64,000 nucleotides of DNA from Eledone cirrhosa (lineage: Eukaryota): positions 31,248,001 to 31,312,000 of the forward strand of contig OZ024743.1 of the NCBI GenBank assembly GCA_964016885.1, written 5' to 3'. Both the position numbers and the translations under genes were made by a program. This document shows positions 1 to 15,933 of this stretch, one piece after another; the first letter of the stretch is position 1; each line of letters opens with the position of its first letter. Below the pieces are notes generated by a model, which saw only the letters and a program-made list of their open reading frames with translations, did not search any database and had not been told where the DNA came from.

Positions 1-1085
1 AATCAAGTGAAAAACTGTGTATGAACTCTTTGTCAACCTGGCCGCGTCAGTCAGTTTTGTAGGGTTTCTCCCTCGTGTTGCTGAAAGGCTAAACGATTGA
101 AAGCGCTTTTTGTTGATATTAGGTATGTGTGATATTATTGTTTCCATAGTTTGCGTGAATATCGGACCTATCTGTCCCAGGCCTAGAAGGTGAGTTTGGT
201 TAGAACCGCCATTGTATTTGTGTTATAGCCGTGAAGAACGGTTTAAAGATAGTAGCAAAATATTAGGCCAGATTGATAATATTGTAGGTTGTTGCAATAT
301 ATGCCACCTCTCTCAGAGGCGTGATGAGAGGAGCAAGATCTGTGGCAGTATGTCTAGAAGCCTTCATTTGTTGCTGGGAATTGTATACCCTTGGTGACCA
401 AGCCTCCATATGAAACACGATGGCATATCATTGTACAGAATTGATTGTATGTAAAACGTACGGTTGAGTGAAAGAGACTGAAGACTACGGACAAAGAAAG
501 GCAGCGAACATCGAGAGGAGAGTTGGTAGCGTTTCTGCAATTCGGAATTGGTGTATGTGTTGGGGATTGTGTGTTTTTGTTTTACCTATAACGTGCAATA
601 CTTGAAGCGATATCTTACACTGCATTCTACAGTTGTTCGGTTTATTTAGACGTGTTTTCCTCTTGAAATCTGCTGGTAGTCCGGAGTTAATTAACATGGT
701 TATTACAATTCTATAACAACATGTGTTGATTGAATTCCTCTTTCTGATATAGCCACAAAGGTAATTATGCGTAGATACAAACAGATGTGCACACGTACAC
801 ACATTCACAGACACTTGCACACATACGCTCTCTCTCTCTTTCCCTCGCACACACAAAATAGTGTGTATATGTGGCTAACTCTTCGATTAAATTAATGGAA
901 CTGTTCTATGTGTGAGTGCAGGTGATTTTTCGCTTTTAATCTAATAACGTTTCTGAACGAAGGCAATACTTATATAATTATATCATTATGTAATAATTGT
1001 ATAATTTGTGTCCGTCTTGTGGAGGGTATTGTTTGTGATATTGCTTTCGCATAATATATGACCTATATATATTTATATATACATA

Positions 1086-1137
<52 letters not shown>

Positions 1138-1143
1138 AAAAGT

Positions 1144-1196
<53 letters not shown>

Positions 1197-1400
1197 CAGT
1201 ATTTACGTATCGAGAGAGAGAAAAAAAGGGGAGGATAGGTGATACATATAGTTATTTGCCAAGTAGCGTATTCCAAATGTGCTCGATACTAGTGCCGGAA
1301 GTATTAAATATTCGAAGTGTTAATATTTAGTGGGCTAGAGAGTTAGCAGAGCGTAAGCACGTGGGAAAGTAAGACATCGGAGAATAGACCGTTAAAACAT

Positions 1401-1461
<61 letters not shown>

Positions 1462-1532
1462 AAAAGTACATATATATATAAGGAAAATATATATATATAA
1501 TATATATATATACATATATATATATCAGAAAA

Positions 1533-1584
<52 letters not shown>

Positions 1585-2605
1585 ACTTTTCTTTCATACG
1601 AAAGTTAATTAACAGTTTTTAACCGAGTATTATGATCCGGAATTCGTGTTGCACATTAGCAATTTCATTCTTTTGATTTTCTTTATGCTGTTCAAGGTTG
1701 TAAATTTCTCGTTGAAAATATATTTCATAATAAAAAAAATCAATCCAGAGTATGAACTGTTTATATCGTTTTGGATGGTCTTCTATTCTGAAAGGTGAAG
1801 TAGCTAACCGTATCTTCTGAAGTGTGTTTGACAAATTGCACAATACGTATGCGTTGCAGATGGGTGTTGCACGTAGTTTGATGAAAGATACATCTAGCAC
1901 TGAAGTTGGAAATCAACTAGTTTTTTCTAACCCTTGATCTGATGATAGTCATTCTTCATGCCAAAGTCAACATCTTTCTGTTGAAGAAGGATACATCCGA
2001 TGTATTGTTGTTATATGAAAACTATTGACTTAATTAATGTGAAATGAAAGGCACTGGAGATTATGAGGACATGGCTAATTATTATCTTGATCGTCTTTGA
2101 AATATTGCAAGACTAATTATTGTGTGTTGAGGAAGCAAGACTAAAGAATCACTGGTATTCGAAATGGAAGAAATATGTGTGTAGCGTCATAAATCGAAAG
2201 AAATCCAATGAGATATTGCAAATATTTGGAATGACTAGGGTGTAATAATTCACGGTATAATATGTCGGTTGTTGTCTAACAATACTGGGATATCTATGTC
2301 GTCAGAAAGTTTGCATCTACATGATTTCTGGATGCTTTGTAATGAACTGAAATTGAAAGGGTCTAATTAAGTAGTCTATATTTTCGGGCAGACATCCTCT
2401 GAAGTTATATAGTTTTATTATTCTCATACTTCACGTTAAACACCCTATATTGACAGATTGTGATTTTAATTTTAATACTTTTGGCTAATTGCCATGGGAA
2501 GCAGACTAGTTTATATCATATTAGCAAATACATTGTAAGTAACGTCGATATTCCACCAGGAGATGCTGCTGTCGATAATCCTGCAGCTGCTCGTCCCGCT
2601 GATTG

Positions 2606-2661
2606 GGATGCTGCTGCTGCTGCTACTACTGCTGCTACTACTACTACTACTACTACTACTG

Positions 2662-2709
<48 letters not shown>
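2606..2709. repeat. (GCT)n/(ACT)n trinucleotide microsatellite
   Basis: Direct inspection. Confidence 0.95.
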
Positions 2710-5537
2710 AAATGAATTCAAAATGATACAATATGAGTCTATAAAAATCTAAATGAATCAAAAATTCGTAAAAGTATAAGTCAAATTCAAGACATTCCCC
2801 CGATTATGAGCATACTTCTGAGAGCCGCACCTAAACATACACACAATATCTACAGTCATCATGGCCACCTAACCATGTGTATTATAGTTGCCGTCCTCCA
2901 AATAATAGATGGCTACTCAGATCATGGATCATACATATAATTTTCACCTACTTTTCTATAAATTAGCTGGAAAGCAGCACTCCTCTCCCTACCCTCAATT
3001 ATTTCAAGTTATATTCGAAAAGGGTGATACGGTCTTGAGCCAATAGGAATCCGTCTGTATTCATATCTTAGAAACTGCTCATCCCCACAAACTATTTCTT
3101 CATAGTCACCAGATAAAACAACAACTTGCCTTTCCGGAAGGCGGTGGTTCGATATTTGTAATGGAATCGCATTTTGTGGGGAAAGAACCAGCTTACTGCG
3201 AATTCGCCTGGTTGAACTACAAGACAATATATAACGTTCAGGCCAAAATGTTTAATAAACATGCGATCGAACAATAAACTTACTCCACCGATGTATACCA
3301 TGTCTCGGGAGACACAACGATAATAATAAAGATAATAATTGTCCATTTATTTAGAGCGCTTAATCCGTTAATATTATGCATTATCTTAATGTATTGTTTT
3401 TGGCTCACTTCTCTTTTCATTATCTTTCTCGGATTTCATGCCTGATATTTTTATTTGCGTTAAAGTCTGCCTTCACTTAAAAACATTATTAATTATCTTT
3501 AATTGCCAACAATAATGCTGGTTAGAATGAACAATTTGAGAAAAAGAAACTTCTAGAAACTAAGATAAGATATAATGTTTTTATTTGACTTTATATTTAT
3601 TGTTTTTAATTTTGAAAGACTACACTATCCTTCATATCACTTTTACAACAATAAAAATATAAAATCACATTCTTAAGTGAAATAGAAGTTAGACGATAAT
3701 GAATCTAGTCCAGATGACAATAAGATCGAAAATGTGCAGCATTGCCAACCAAACAGCCATTCATCATCATCACCGTTCAACTAAAGTAGCAAGTATCTAC
3801 AATCTTCCTCCACCGTATGCAGTCACCATACTTAACTATGGTTCCTTCGGCGGGAAATAAGCCTTGGACATCTATTGGATTAAAGTACCTAGAGGAAACT
3901 TGCATTCAGAACGCCAAATCTGTAATCAGTTACTACTGCCTTTGGCTACTGACACTCGAAAAATCCAAAGGCTCCATTGTCATGAAGATTTTCTTTAGTC
4001 TATTGAACCTGAATGAATGATAGACGACTTCCCTAGCGGTTGCATTTGAACGCAGTTGCAGAGAGTCGTAGCAATTACCGCAGCATATTCTATGTAACGA
4101 CACTACGCATTCGTTATGTATGTAACAGGCAATTATATATTCTTCATGAAATTGGAAGGATGTAAGTCGATATCACAATCTCAAATCGTAGATGTTTACC
4201 CTTGATGACTTTGCTAAAATAACATCCCACATACTAAACATTGATGATTCAAATAGGGATAGTATACTTGCTCACGTTACGTTAGTGAAATTACGGTGAA
4301 ATCCATTCACAAAACATCCTACAGTTTCAGAAATAGGTAAACATTGAGCTATTTAATCTAAATATGTACTAAAATTGGATTATGACATCTGAAGAGATCA
4401 GTTATCTTTCTAAATGACATAACAATATCATATCCTTGCTAATTTCTTATCTAACCAGGAAGAAAAACAATAAATCACCGTACAAGTGTTTGTTCGTCTA
4501 CTGCTCTGTCTGACCAAATAATCATATTATAAAAGCAAACACAGATGATTGTGAATGCAATATATAAAGGGAACTAGATAATACAGTGGGTTGTGATTCA
4601 AATATGTGCTATTTCTAGCCGGTCGAACTACCATACATAACTTCCTCCATTGTCTCATATAGTAGCAATAACGTTCCACATTGTATGTAAATAAAACAAT
4701 GCAAAATTACCGATTTTCTCCCTTAAACCCGTTTAAAATGCTGATGTGATCTTTATATTTGTCCTATATACAAAGCATGAGCAGTCCCAAGTCTATAGCA
4801 AAAATCACAATCACTTGTCTGGATTTATATTTTATCAACACATGAAGGATGGAAGCCAAGTTAGATATCGTTGAAATTAGAAATCAGATCGTTCGTGGTC
4901 ATATCTATGTACCGTAAAGCATTTCGTTTGGCGCTCCAATTCTGCTAATAGAGTTATAGTGAATATTTGTATTTGGATAAAAATATGTGTTTATCATTTT
5001 CATAAACTCTACGGTATTAGCCCCGAATGCGCTAATTCTTTAGAAATCAATCATAACCTTCGGTTCCAGTAATCGCCGTGATTAAGAAATTAGAAGATGT
5101 AATTTAGATTACCAAGTGCAAATCACGTTTGAAATGTAACTTTAGGGAATCTTTTAGCAATGGTGTTAAACTCTCTGTTAGAATATAAATGATACTTCTG
5201 TCAATATCTGAAATGAACAGGATTAGTAACTTCTGTGTATATATACATACCCAACTTAGGCGATGAACAGTGATATGTATTGGAAGGAATACGGTTTCCT
5301 CCGGAAGTTAAATCACACAAGCACATTTAATTCCCTATGTGATTTACTTGAAACTATGATTTTTTAGTGTATTATGTTATCATCCAAATGAGAATATCTT
5401 CAAATTATGTATGCACATGTTTTCTCATATAGTGTTATTGTTTACTCTGTAGAATAGATAAGACGTCGTATTTGTTAATTCAGAGGTAAAGATCAAGTAA
5501 AAGGCCGACATTTCAAAACCGCATTTCAAGACCAACC

Positions 5538-5810
<273 letters not shown>

Positions 5811-5812
5811 CA

Positions 5813-5886
5813 AAAATAACAGATTAAAGTTTAAGCAAAGAATCCCTGCTTTCTCCCTTAACGGGATCTTCTGAAACTAACAAAGT
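5813..5886 (-). mobile_element. Naiad-family terminal fragment
   Basis: Near-identical to ~57420-57493 and starts at the end of an (AT)n array. Confidence 0.75.
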
Positions 5887-6299
5887 ATACTATATTATTA
5901 TAAATCATGTCTACAGAATTATTAGATAAAAAAATATATACTCCATTTCCTCTGCCAAACAGCACAATCAACCATATAAAAAATCAATTATACTAAGCCA
6001 TATGGCTTAGTATAATTGATTTTTGTATATAGTATATATTTTGTTTATCTAATAATTCTGTAGACATGATTTATAATAATATATTGCTCTGAGTATTTAA
6101 TTTATTAATTCTTCATAGAGCTAAAAAGTGAACGGTTGTAACATATATAAATGTATGTATATGTAAACCTTTATATGATTATATATATATATATATATGT
6201 CTCTGTATACATGTATGCATGTATACGTGTGTATGTAAGTGTGCATCTATGCGTGTGTATCTATGTGTGTGTATATGGCTCTTTGTCGGTGATCGACGT

Positions 6300-7260
6300 T
6301 CGTGCCGAGACGGTAACATCTTAAATATTAACACCAGTCTACTTTCCAACCACCGTTTCCCGTGCCGGGATTGTCCTATATGCACCCGACATGGCTTTTT
6401 ACAATTTCCATAATCGAGCGATGTTGAGGCGGTTGTGTCTTACAATGTGAGGAACATTTCTCTTTGTTTTTCATAAACTTTATGCTGGAAGCGCAAAGTT
6501 GAAAAGAGTTTGGCTCCTCTTATCCAATTGCTAACTATTTACATTTCCATTCATCAATAGAAATCGTTCTTATTTAAATCGTATCTTAGGGCACAGTTTG
6601 ATCCTTTTTCAATCTGCTAGTGCTCCATAATTGACTAGTTTGTATATCTCTATATTAACCATTTCTGAGAGAAGAGCAAGCCATCATCGACATTTGAATA
6701 CAGGAGGGAAAACCTGCTTTCAGTATCACAGCTATTTCACACATTTTAAAATTCCATTCGATATTGAGAATCATTCCCAGGAATCGCATGTCAAATCTGT
6801 TCAGTTTTCATACATTTCATACATTTCATACATTTCATACATCTCATTCCAATTGAAAGGTAACAACACATGTAGATGAGAAATATAGGCTTTGTTTTTA
6901 ACTTCCTAAGTTTCCCAAATGATGCTGTAGCTTTACCAATTCGGACGCTCAGCCTGTCATCAAGAAATAGCGTGCTGCATAATGTTACCCCCCCCCCCCC
7001 CCCAAAAAAAAATTAATTAATCGCCTCCCTTCCGAGAATTTTGATTCACATTTATGATTGAAGCTAAGTCTATACTTCCGCCAACTACCCAGTCTTTTTG
7101 ACATTAATGTTCAAAGTGATTAGACCACACACTCTTAATAGACTATTCAGCAATGTAGCATCGGTTTCAGCAATGAGGGCAGTATCGTAGAGCACATAGT
7201 ACTTCCCTAATCAGTCATTTACTTCTTGAACAGTAAAGGTGACGTAAACCAGGAAAATGT
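6300..7260 (-). mobile_element. Highly decayed RTE-like LINE RT
   Basis: Remnant motifs D-TALIAET..LNINVKKT (~7095-7190), VRIGKATASFGKL (~6905-6950) and KLNRFDMRFLGMILNIEW (~6750-6810). Confidence 0.6.
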
Positions 7261-7659
7261 ATAGCACTGTCGGGTTGCTTTCGACTAAATCCGCAACCCT
7301 ATCAAAATTTATTGGCGAGGACGGTGATTGCAGAAATCATGTGTAAGGAAACGATGTATATATAAGGTTATATATATATATATATATATACATATGCCCT
7401 TTTATATATATATATATATATAAAAGGACATATATATATGTATACATATATATAAATGACCTTTTATATATATATATATAGATGTATATTTCTCATAGCA
7501 AGAATTGTTCTTCCTGGTTTGTTAAAGTATGTAAATGGATCTAATTTATTCTCTTTGCATACAATTCTTCGTGCCTGAAGTAAACGTTTTCAAGTGTTAC
7601 CGTTATGTCTTTCTGTTTTTTAAATGATGTATATGTATATATATATATGTATATATATA

Positions 7660-7840
7660 TAAGAAACTAGTCAGGACCCCGACGGCTGACCTCCGGCCGT
7701 TTCGACAGATAGATCTGAACAGTTCGAATCTAGCTGTCTAAATCACGGAGCTGTTTTCCTGTTACTCAGTCTACTACACTTATTACTGAGTAATCTGGTG
7801 CGTTATGGTCCACCTGATGTCCTACTACACCCTCATTGTT
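7660..7840 (+). mobile_element. pLTR-like 'family B' cassette with 5' inversion
   Basis: 7660-7710 is the reverse complement of ~57135-57180, and 7755-7840 matches ~57178-57260 directly (ggtgcgttatggtccacctg shared). An HHR-like fold with a long stem II lies on the minus strand. Confidence 0.6.
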
Positions 7841-7847
7841 ATATATA

Positions 7848-8286
<439 letters not shown>

Positions 8287-9760
8287 AAATATTTATTTAA
8301 GCAAACGATTTCTGCATTCCCTCTTTGGCGGGTTGTTCTGAAACTGAGATATATCAACTCTTGGACGCAAATATAAACAAGTCTGAAAAAAACATGAGTG
8401 AAAGTTTCATTTAAAAAATAGAAAGACATGACGGTAACACTTGAAAACGTTTACTTCAGGCACGAAGAATTGTATGCAAAGAGAATAAATTACATCCATT
8501 TACATACTTTAACAAACCAGGAAGAACAATTCTTGCTATGAGAAAATCATGAGACTAATTTTACTTTTAATTTGGGCGAATATTTTCGAGCTACCGTGTA
8601 CGGAAGTAATGTTATCAAGCTTCGTTTTCTACTTTTATAGTTGTAGTTCATGAAGAGTTAGCATGAATCTCTAATGTGCATATCAGCTGATCTTGGTTGA
8701 AATACGTGTGGAAGCTATATACATCATATTCTAATTTAATGTTGGGAGTACTGAATCTTCTAACAATAATTATAGGAAATGTCAATATGCCTAATGAATT
8801 TGATACCGAGGCATTCAAGAATTTCATTTTACTCCACAACCGCATAGAAATGTCTTTAAAATGACATTTTTCCACTATGGTTTTATGAATGCTGTGTAGA
8901 TACAAGAGATGAGACAATAGATTTATCAGGCTGTTTTATACTTATTTCTGAACAATTAGTTTAGAATAGGTGAAACTCAAGTTAGAAGACAATATATCTG
9001 TTATCACTATGTCTACAACGGACAATTTCTGATGTATAATAGACGCTGTCAGCTACGCTTTGCGATAAGAAACTATTTTTAAAACAAAATTCTCATTTCT
9101 GTCTACATAATAATTTTTTCATCAAATGATTTTATTAAATGCTTCCATATTGTGATTCTCCGAGACTCAATTTGATTAGAAATTCCTATGAATCAAATAT
9201 TGATTAAATTCCTCTATTCTAATTTCTTATATTTACAATGAAGTTCCATGCTCGTTCTTTTTACTTCAGACTTTCACTCATTATTCAATGGCCTTTGATG
9301 AAATTACACTTTCTGTGTGTCATTTATTAAATTATGCCTACTGTTTTATTTTTCTGGATTGTGGCCAGACAGGAAGAACACCTTCAATAAATTTTGTTTA
9401 TTAGTGCAGTTGCCTCCATGTCAATATAGGACTCATTTCATCAATTTTATTAGATGAAGCTCTTAGGTACGGGACATGAACTGTCGCTAAATACACAAGT
9501 ACTTTAAACCGTAGACGTTAGTATATACAAGGTTAGTATATACACACCAAAACTCATACCGTCGCACACATATACACTCCACACATACACGTACAAACCA
9601 TCCTTCCACGAACATCCTTTACTTTGTATCAAGTTATCAATTGTACTCCTCTTTTGTTTTTATCAAATTGTGTACGTCGTGGGTGTTTTCATTGCTACTG
9701 CTGTCTGGTTAACTGATCACGTAGAAACACTCTCACAGGTTAATTTTATAATAAGTATAT

Positions 9761-10330
9761 AATTGTTTCTACTTTTGGCACAAGGCCAGCAATTATCCAG
9801 TGCATTACTGGTACTTTATTTTATCGACCCCGTAAGGATGAAAGGCAAAGTTAACCTCGACGGGATTTGAACTCAGACAGTAAAGAGACGTAACTATGCT
9901 GAAAAGCATGGTCTCCGCCCCTCTACCGATACTGCCAATTCACCGCCCAATAATTGTTCCTACGTTTGGCACAATGTCAGCAATTACACAGTACATTACT
10001 GGTACTTTATTTTATCGACCCCCTAAGGATGAAAGGCAAAGTTGACCTCGGCGGGATTTGAACTCAGAATGGAAAGGGACGTAACTATGCTGGAAAGCAT
10101 GGTGTCCGCCCTCTACCGATACTGCCAATTCACCGCCCTATAATTGTTCCTACGTTTGGCACAAGGTCGGCAAATATCCAGTACATTACTGGTACTTTAT
10201 TTTATCGACCCTTAAGGATGAAAGGCAAAGTTGACCTCAGCGGGATTTGAACTCGGAATGGAAAGCGCCGTAATGCTATGCTTCAAAGCATGACTTCCGA
10301 CCCTCTACCGATACAGCCAATCCACCGGCC
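9761..10330 (-). mobile_element. Head-to-tail trimer of tRNA-derived SINE (~190 bp units)
   Basis: Three units (9761-9948, 9951-10138, 10141-10330), each with A box TGGCAGTATCGG-like, B box GAGTTCAAATCCC and central GCCTTTCATCCTT..GGGGTCGATAAAAT. One outer TSD taataagtatat. Confidence 0.9.
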
Positions 10331-11995
10331 TTAAGTCTAATAAGTATATCATGCTGTATTTTACAGTCTCATTCCTGAAGCCGACCAAATATGTACTAAT
10401 CAGAGCCACATAGCTTAAATGTCTCTGATATGAAAGTTCTAATGAAGGTTCTCACTGTAATGTACATACAAATTAATGTGGTCATATGCGATTGGATACG
10501 GGTGGTTACAATTCTTTTATCTGCATAACAATTTTGCTATTCATTATTCATGTCACAGTCTTAGATCTACTGAAGAAATGGTTGTGATGTAATAACGTTG
10601 AATCTTGTATTTATATTGGTGACAACATGTAAAGACTCAATAATTATAGAATAGACAGCCGATAGATAAAACTTTGAAATATTACCTCTGGGGAATGTTT
10701 CATGCGTCAACATAGACAAGTCATGACAAATGAAAGCAACATTTTACTTTTACTGACACTTTTCGTTCATTTCAAAACATATCTTTCGCTAAGTTTACTT
10801 TTTGTTTTTTGTTTTTAACATCTTCGGTCAGCTCTACTTATTCTATAGATTGTGTTACTCGCTTTTTCTAAGAAGCCCCACGTATGTATTCTTTTATTCC
10901 GAATATGATGTTTTCTGTTTAAAAATTTTCGGTGTATTCTAGATGTCTATTTTCCCATAAAATCTCTTAAGCTATCACTTGCGTAATTATTTTTCCGTTT
11001 ACATTTCTGTCAGCCGTTTTCATTCTGCTAAGTTCTAGTCTTCGTTTTTCTATATTCCTTTCATACTATTTCGACCATTTACGTATTTCTTTTCGTACTA
11101 TTTGCATCCTTTGTTTATATATTTTATAACTTCTATATGTATCATTGTAATATATTCCACCCAGAGTTTCTTTTCTATTTTAATCTCCATAACAGTTTTT
11201 ATTATGATTATTTTGTCACGAGGCTTTTATTGTTTCATTATATATTATTTAGCTAATGTGTCTGCGTACAACATTAATGTTCTTCTACGTTGCTTTTAAT
11301 CCATTGTTTTATAATTTATTTTGTTCATCCTATTTCATTTCATATTTCTTACGGTTAGGATTTACTATGTACATTTTTTTTGGATTTTCTTTCCCAAAGT
11401 GTCTTTCTACTTATCTATCTGTCGTATTCATTGTCTATTCAATATTATTATGTTTCGGCTTACTGTCTTTCATATTCCAACTTAAACTATATAGGTAATA
11501 TCGACAAAATAGATGAAAGTATCTAACGTTTCTAGATGCGGGTGGGTGAGTTACTTTTTGGTAACCATATTGTCTTTCTAACAAACTTCTGCCATACACA
11601 TTGAAGTAAAGAAATGTTGGGATTTCATACAAGATATGCTGGTTTCTGTATTTGCGTTGGCCCTAAAATGCAACAGTGTTTCTTATTTAAAGTGTATTTA
11701 TGATCCCCAACGGGCTTGTTCAGTGTTTGAAGAATTATAAGGCAACAACGATGTAGAGGAAACGAATATTAGCTGTCCCAAAACGCTACGTTTAACCACC
11801 CACACACCCATACACCCCAACACATTTATATATATATGATCTCAGTTTGACAATCGACACCGCCACCGACGAATGCGAGAAAGTTCTCCAAGAAAGTTAA
11901 CAAAGAAATTACTAGATCTACCAACACATAATATTATAAAAATAAACCAAATTATTTAGAACTACTATTGAAGTCATTCTTTTACTTTTTTTCCA

Positions 11996-12045
<50 letters not shown>

Positions 12046-14693
12046 TATGTGCGTGTGTGTGTGTATGTGTGTGTGTGTGCGTGTGCGTGTGTGTATGTGT
12101 GTGTGCGTGTGTTTGTATGTGGATGTGTGTGTGCCAGTTTTGTTGCGGTTAGTATATGTGTAGTCTAAGTATGAATATTTAATTTGGATCCCAAGTATGT
12201 TTAGTGACGATTTAGTTCATTCCACATTATTCTGCGAAGCATAATGAATAGTTTTCGGTGAAAATATATATATGTGGGTGGGTGCGATAGTTAGTATGTG
12301 TGTATAAAATGTAGATTGAACTAAATTGGTTTTCTAAGATATACGAATCGATTAACTTATTACAACACACCTATAGGCTATCGCAATATATTGTAGATTA
12401 TAAATAACACTTTGATTTATAATATAGAAACTGAGATGATATGCAATGATCACACTGCTTTATATAGGATATCTCTTTTCAGTGGAGTGGAAAAGACGTC
12501 CACTAGATGGCAGCCGTGAATATTAAACGATTAATCAAGAATTCGTAATTTCCTCTCCATCGTCCTCATTTAAAATATATCAATAAGAATATTTGTATGT
12601 GGGAACAATTATAAATGTTAGTTGATATATACATGAATATGTGTGGTTATGAATGTGCGAGTGGTACCTATATATGCCTGTGTATGCGCTATATAATTAT
12701 AAGAATTCTATGAAAATAAGCCTGTGAATATGTGTATGTACATCGATATAAAATTATATGATCCGTTGTTTATGTTTTTCAGTAAATATTAGTGTTTGTC
12801 TACAGAAAAGTTTGCTTTAAGTAAGCAATATATATATACATACATACACATAGAAGCACGCACAGACACACAGACACACACACATATATATAGAGAGAGA
12901 GATATATGTGGGGGGGGATGTATGTAAGTGTGTATTAAAGAATCCCAAAAGTACAAAATATCTAACTATGAAGAAAGTTTGATAATATAGATGTGATGAG
13001 TTGACCTTTTTTTTACATGCTAAAAAGGTTGGTGTCCACTGCGACCTTGGCATGATATATTTTATTTTAAAATATTACATGGGAGGTAAAATTTGCCGAG
13101 TGTAACATTCTCTTGTTAGTATATAATGACACATGTCTAGAACTTATAGAGTTCATATTTCAAGAACGACAGAAATAACATTTTCTCACTGCATTTAAAA
13201 CTACATATAATTACGAAAGAGAAATATGAACAAAAATCAATACCACATTCAATAAACTCGATCTCAGCAACAACTGTATCAATTCCCCACATGTTTAATA
13301 GTCGATTTGACCGTGACAATTTAACAATCCGCTTACATATACGATCTCCTAGACTCCTTCATTACTCTAATAATATCTACATATATATATATATATATAT
13401 ATATACAAAATGTAAAAATGATAACACACCAGAGAGACAGTGCAGCATCAGTCAAACTGGGAAAAACCACCAGTGTAAGGAATCTATAGCCCTTGGAAGA
13501 CAAAGTAGATACACAATAATTAAAAGTATAAATCAAAGTGCAAACATATACCTTGATAACTATCTAACACACACGTACAAATCCAAAAGGATCTGTTTCA
13601 GTAACTAATTTGTTGACAGAAATTATTAGCCTATGGTTCATCAGCGTGTGTAAGGCTATACATTTCAGACAGCACTAAAATAATGTAAAGCGACAGTCTA
13701 GCCACACGTAGGAGAGAGAATTCACAGCGTGCGGTAACCAGTGGACTAGCGAGAGTCTATGGGTCCGTTAATTTATCGTAATATATATATATATATTCAT
13801 TGGTTAAGCAAAACAAGACCACAAATTTCACAAGGAAGACATTATTAAAAGATTGTCAACATATTTAGTTTGATGTAAGGAATGTAGAGAATAATAATAA
13901 TAATAATATTAATAATAATAATGCCCATTTACAATTGTTTCCCTACTCCGTATAATATTTCTGGATCAGATGACTATGTATCATAATTGATCTGGTTTAA
14001 ATACTAGCACTTAACTATACAATACACACAATCTCTAATCTCTCGAGAAGTTACTGCCCCTGAAACTATCCTCTAATTAGTAAGGTAAATATGCCCTTTG
14101 GCAGCCATCTTGTTACCCATAGGCAGATCTCACACAAGGCAGCCTCGACAGATGAGTACTGCTTTATTATGGCTGACAGCTGATGAAACAAAGGCAGCAT
14201 AGTAAAAACTAATATATGGAACATTATATTATGTGACATTATTTTAATTTATATTCCTTTGAGTTCCGATGAGCCACTCTGTTTTTTTAAATATGTTAAT
14301 TATTTTCAACTGAACCAGATAAATTATGATACATAGTCATCTGATCCAGAAATATTATACGGAGTAGCGAAACAATTGTAAACGGGCATTATTATTATTA
14401 ATATTATTATTATTATTATTCTTTACATTCCTTACATCAAACTAAATATGTTGACAATCTTTTAATAATGTCTTCCTTGTGAAATTTGTGGTCTTGTTTT
14501 GCTTAACTAATGAATATTTCCAGCTCTGCGCACCTAACCTCTACATGAACCAAACCACCTAGCTGCTTTCTACTGCATATTGCACACTGAGCACATGCCT
14601 TTCCGCTTTGGCTTCTAACTAACTCACCAATCTTTCTTATCATATCTCCTCTACTATCTCAATCTCTCTCTTTAAGATTGGTTACTCTTGAAC

Positions 14694-14730
<37 letters not shown>

Positions 14731-14791
14731 GAAGTAATTCCGTCGGAAAAGTCCAGGAAAAAAGAGTGCTCTATGTAGGTAACAGAGCTTA

Positions 14792-15039
14792 ATAGTTATG
14801 TAATAAACAACATAGGGCAATTATTCCATTTACCAGTGGTTTCTTAAAAGCAAAAAATGTTGCTTTCATTCCTCAGAATGAAAAAATCCTGGTCTATTTA
14901 TTGAATTTGGATTTTAAAATCCAAATTCAATAAACAGACCAGGATTTGTTCATTCTGTGGATTGAAAGCAATTTTTTTGGCTTTTAAGAAACCACTGGTA
15001 AATGGAATAATTGCCTTATGTTGTTTATTACATAACTAT
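14792..15039. repeat. ~248-bp spacerless imperfect palindrome
   Basis: Centre ttttaaaa at 14915/14916 with ~124-bp arms. Confidence 0.95.
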
Positions 15040-15046
15040 ATATATA

Positions 15047-15529
<483 letters not shown>

Positions 15530-15584
15530 AGCGTGTGGATACGCATGTGTTACTAGTTAGTGCGTCACGCTTACAATCATGAGG

Positions 15585-15845
15585 TTCATTCACGGACCGA
15601 GCTTTGCGTTGTGTTCCTGAGCAACACACTTTATTACGCGTTGCTCTACAGATGTAAACATGATTTGCGGCGTCACTGGTGCCAAGCTATATAGACCTTT
15701 GTATTTCCTTTGGACAACATCGGTGGTGTGGAGAGAGGAGAGGGATATGCATGGGCGGGTGCTGGTCCTCCATATACTATCTTGACCGGATTTCTAGGTG
15801 CAAAGACCACGCTCATTAATGACTAAACGAGCTATTTATCCTTTT
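15585..15845 (+). mobile_element. SINE-like interspersed repeat fragment
   Basis: ggtgccaagct..catcggtggtgtggagag..atgcatgggcg..tttctaggtgcaa resembles a common octopus repeat from memory; not verified by search. Confidence 0.4.
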
Positions 15846-15847
15846 AG

Positions 15848-15933
<86 letters not shown>

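Noticed and set aside
2460-2761. Poly-Ala/Thr or poly-Val ORFs
   Set aside because: Trinucleotide microsatellite translation.
3009-3346. NVIYCL-containing ORF as a PLE GIY-YIG remnant
   Set aside because: Only one short motif; the YIG half is not recognisable.
9761-10330. tRNA gene cluster or CRISPR-like array
   Set aside because: Units are full SINE copies with dispersed paralogs and TSDs; there are no unique spacers and no complete cloverleaf.
10780-11620. T-rich strand-biased tract (similar one at 16280-16960) as LINE remnants
   Set aside because: Composition suggests decayed LINE sequence, but no motif was clear enough to call.
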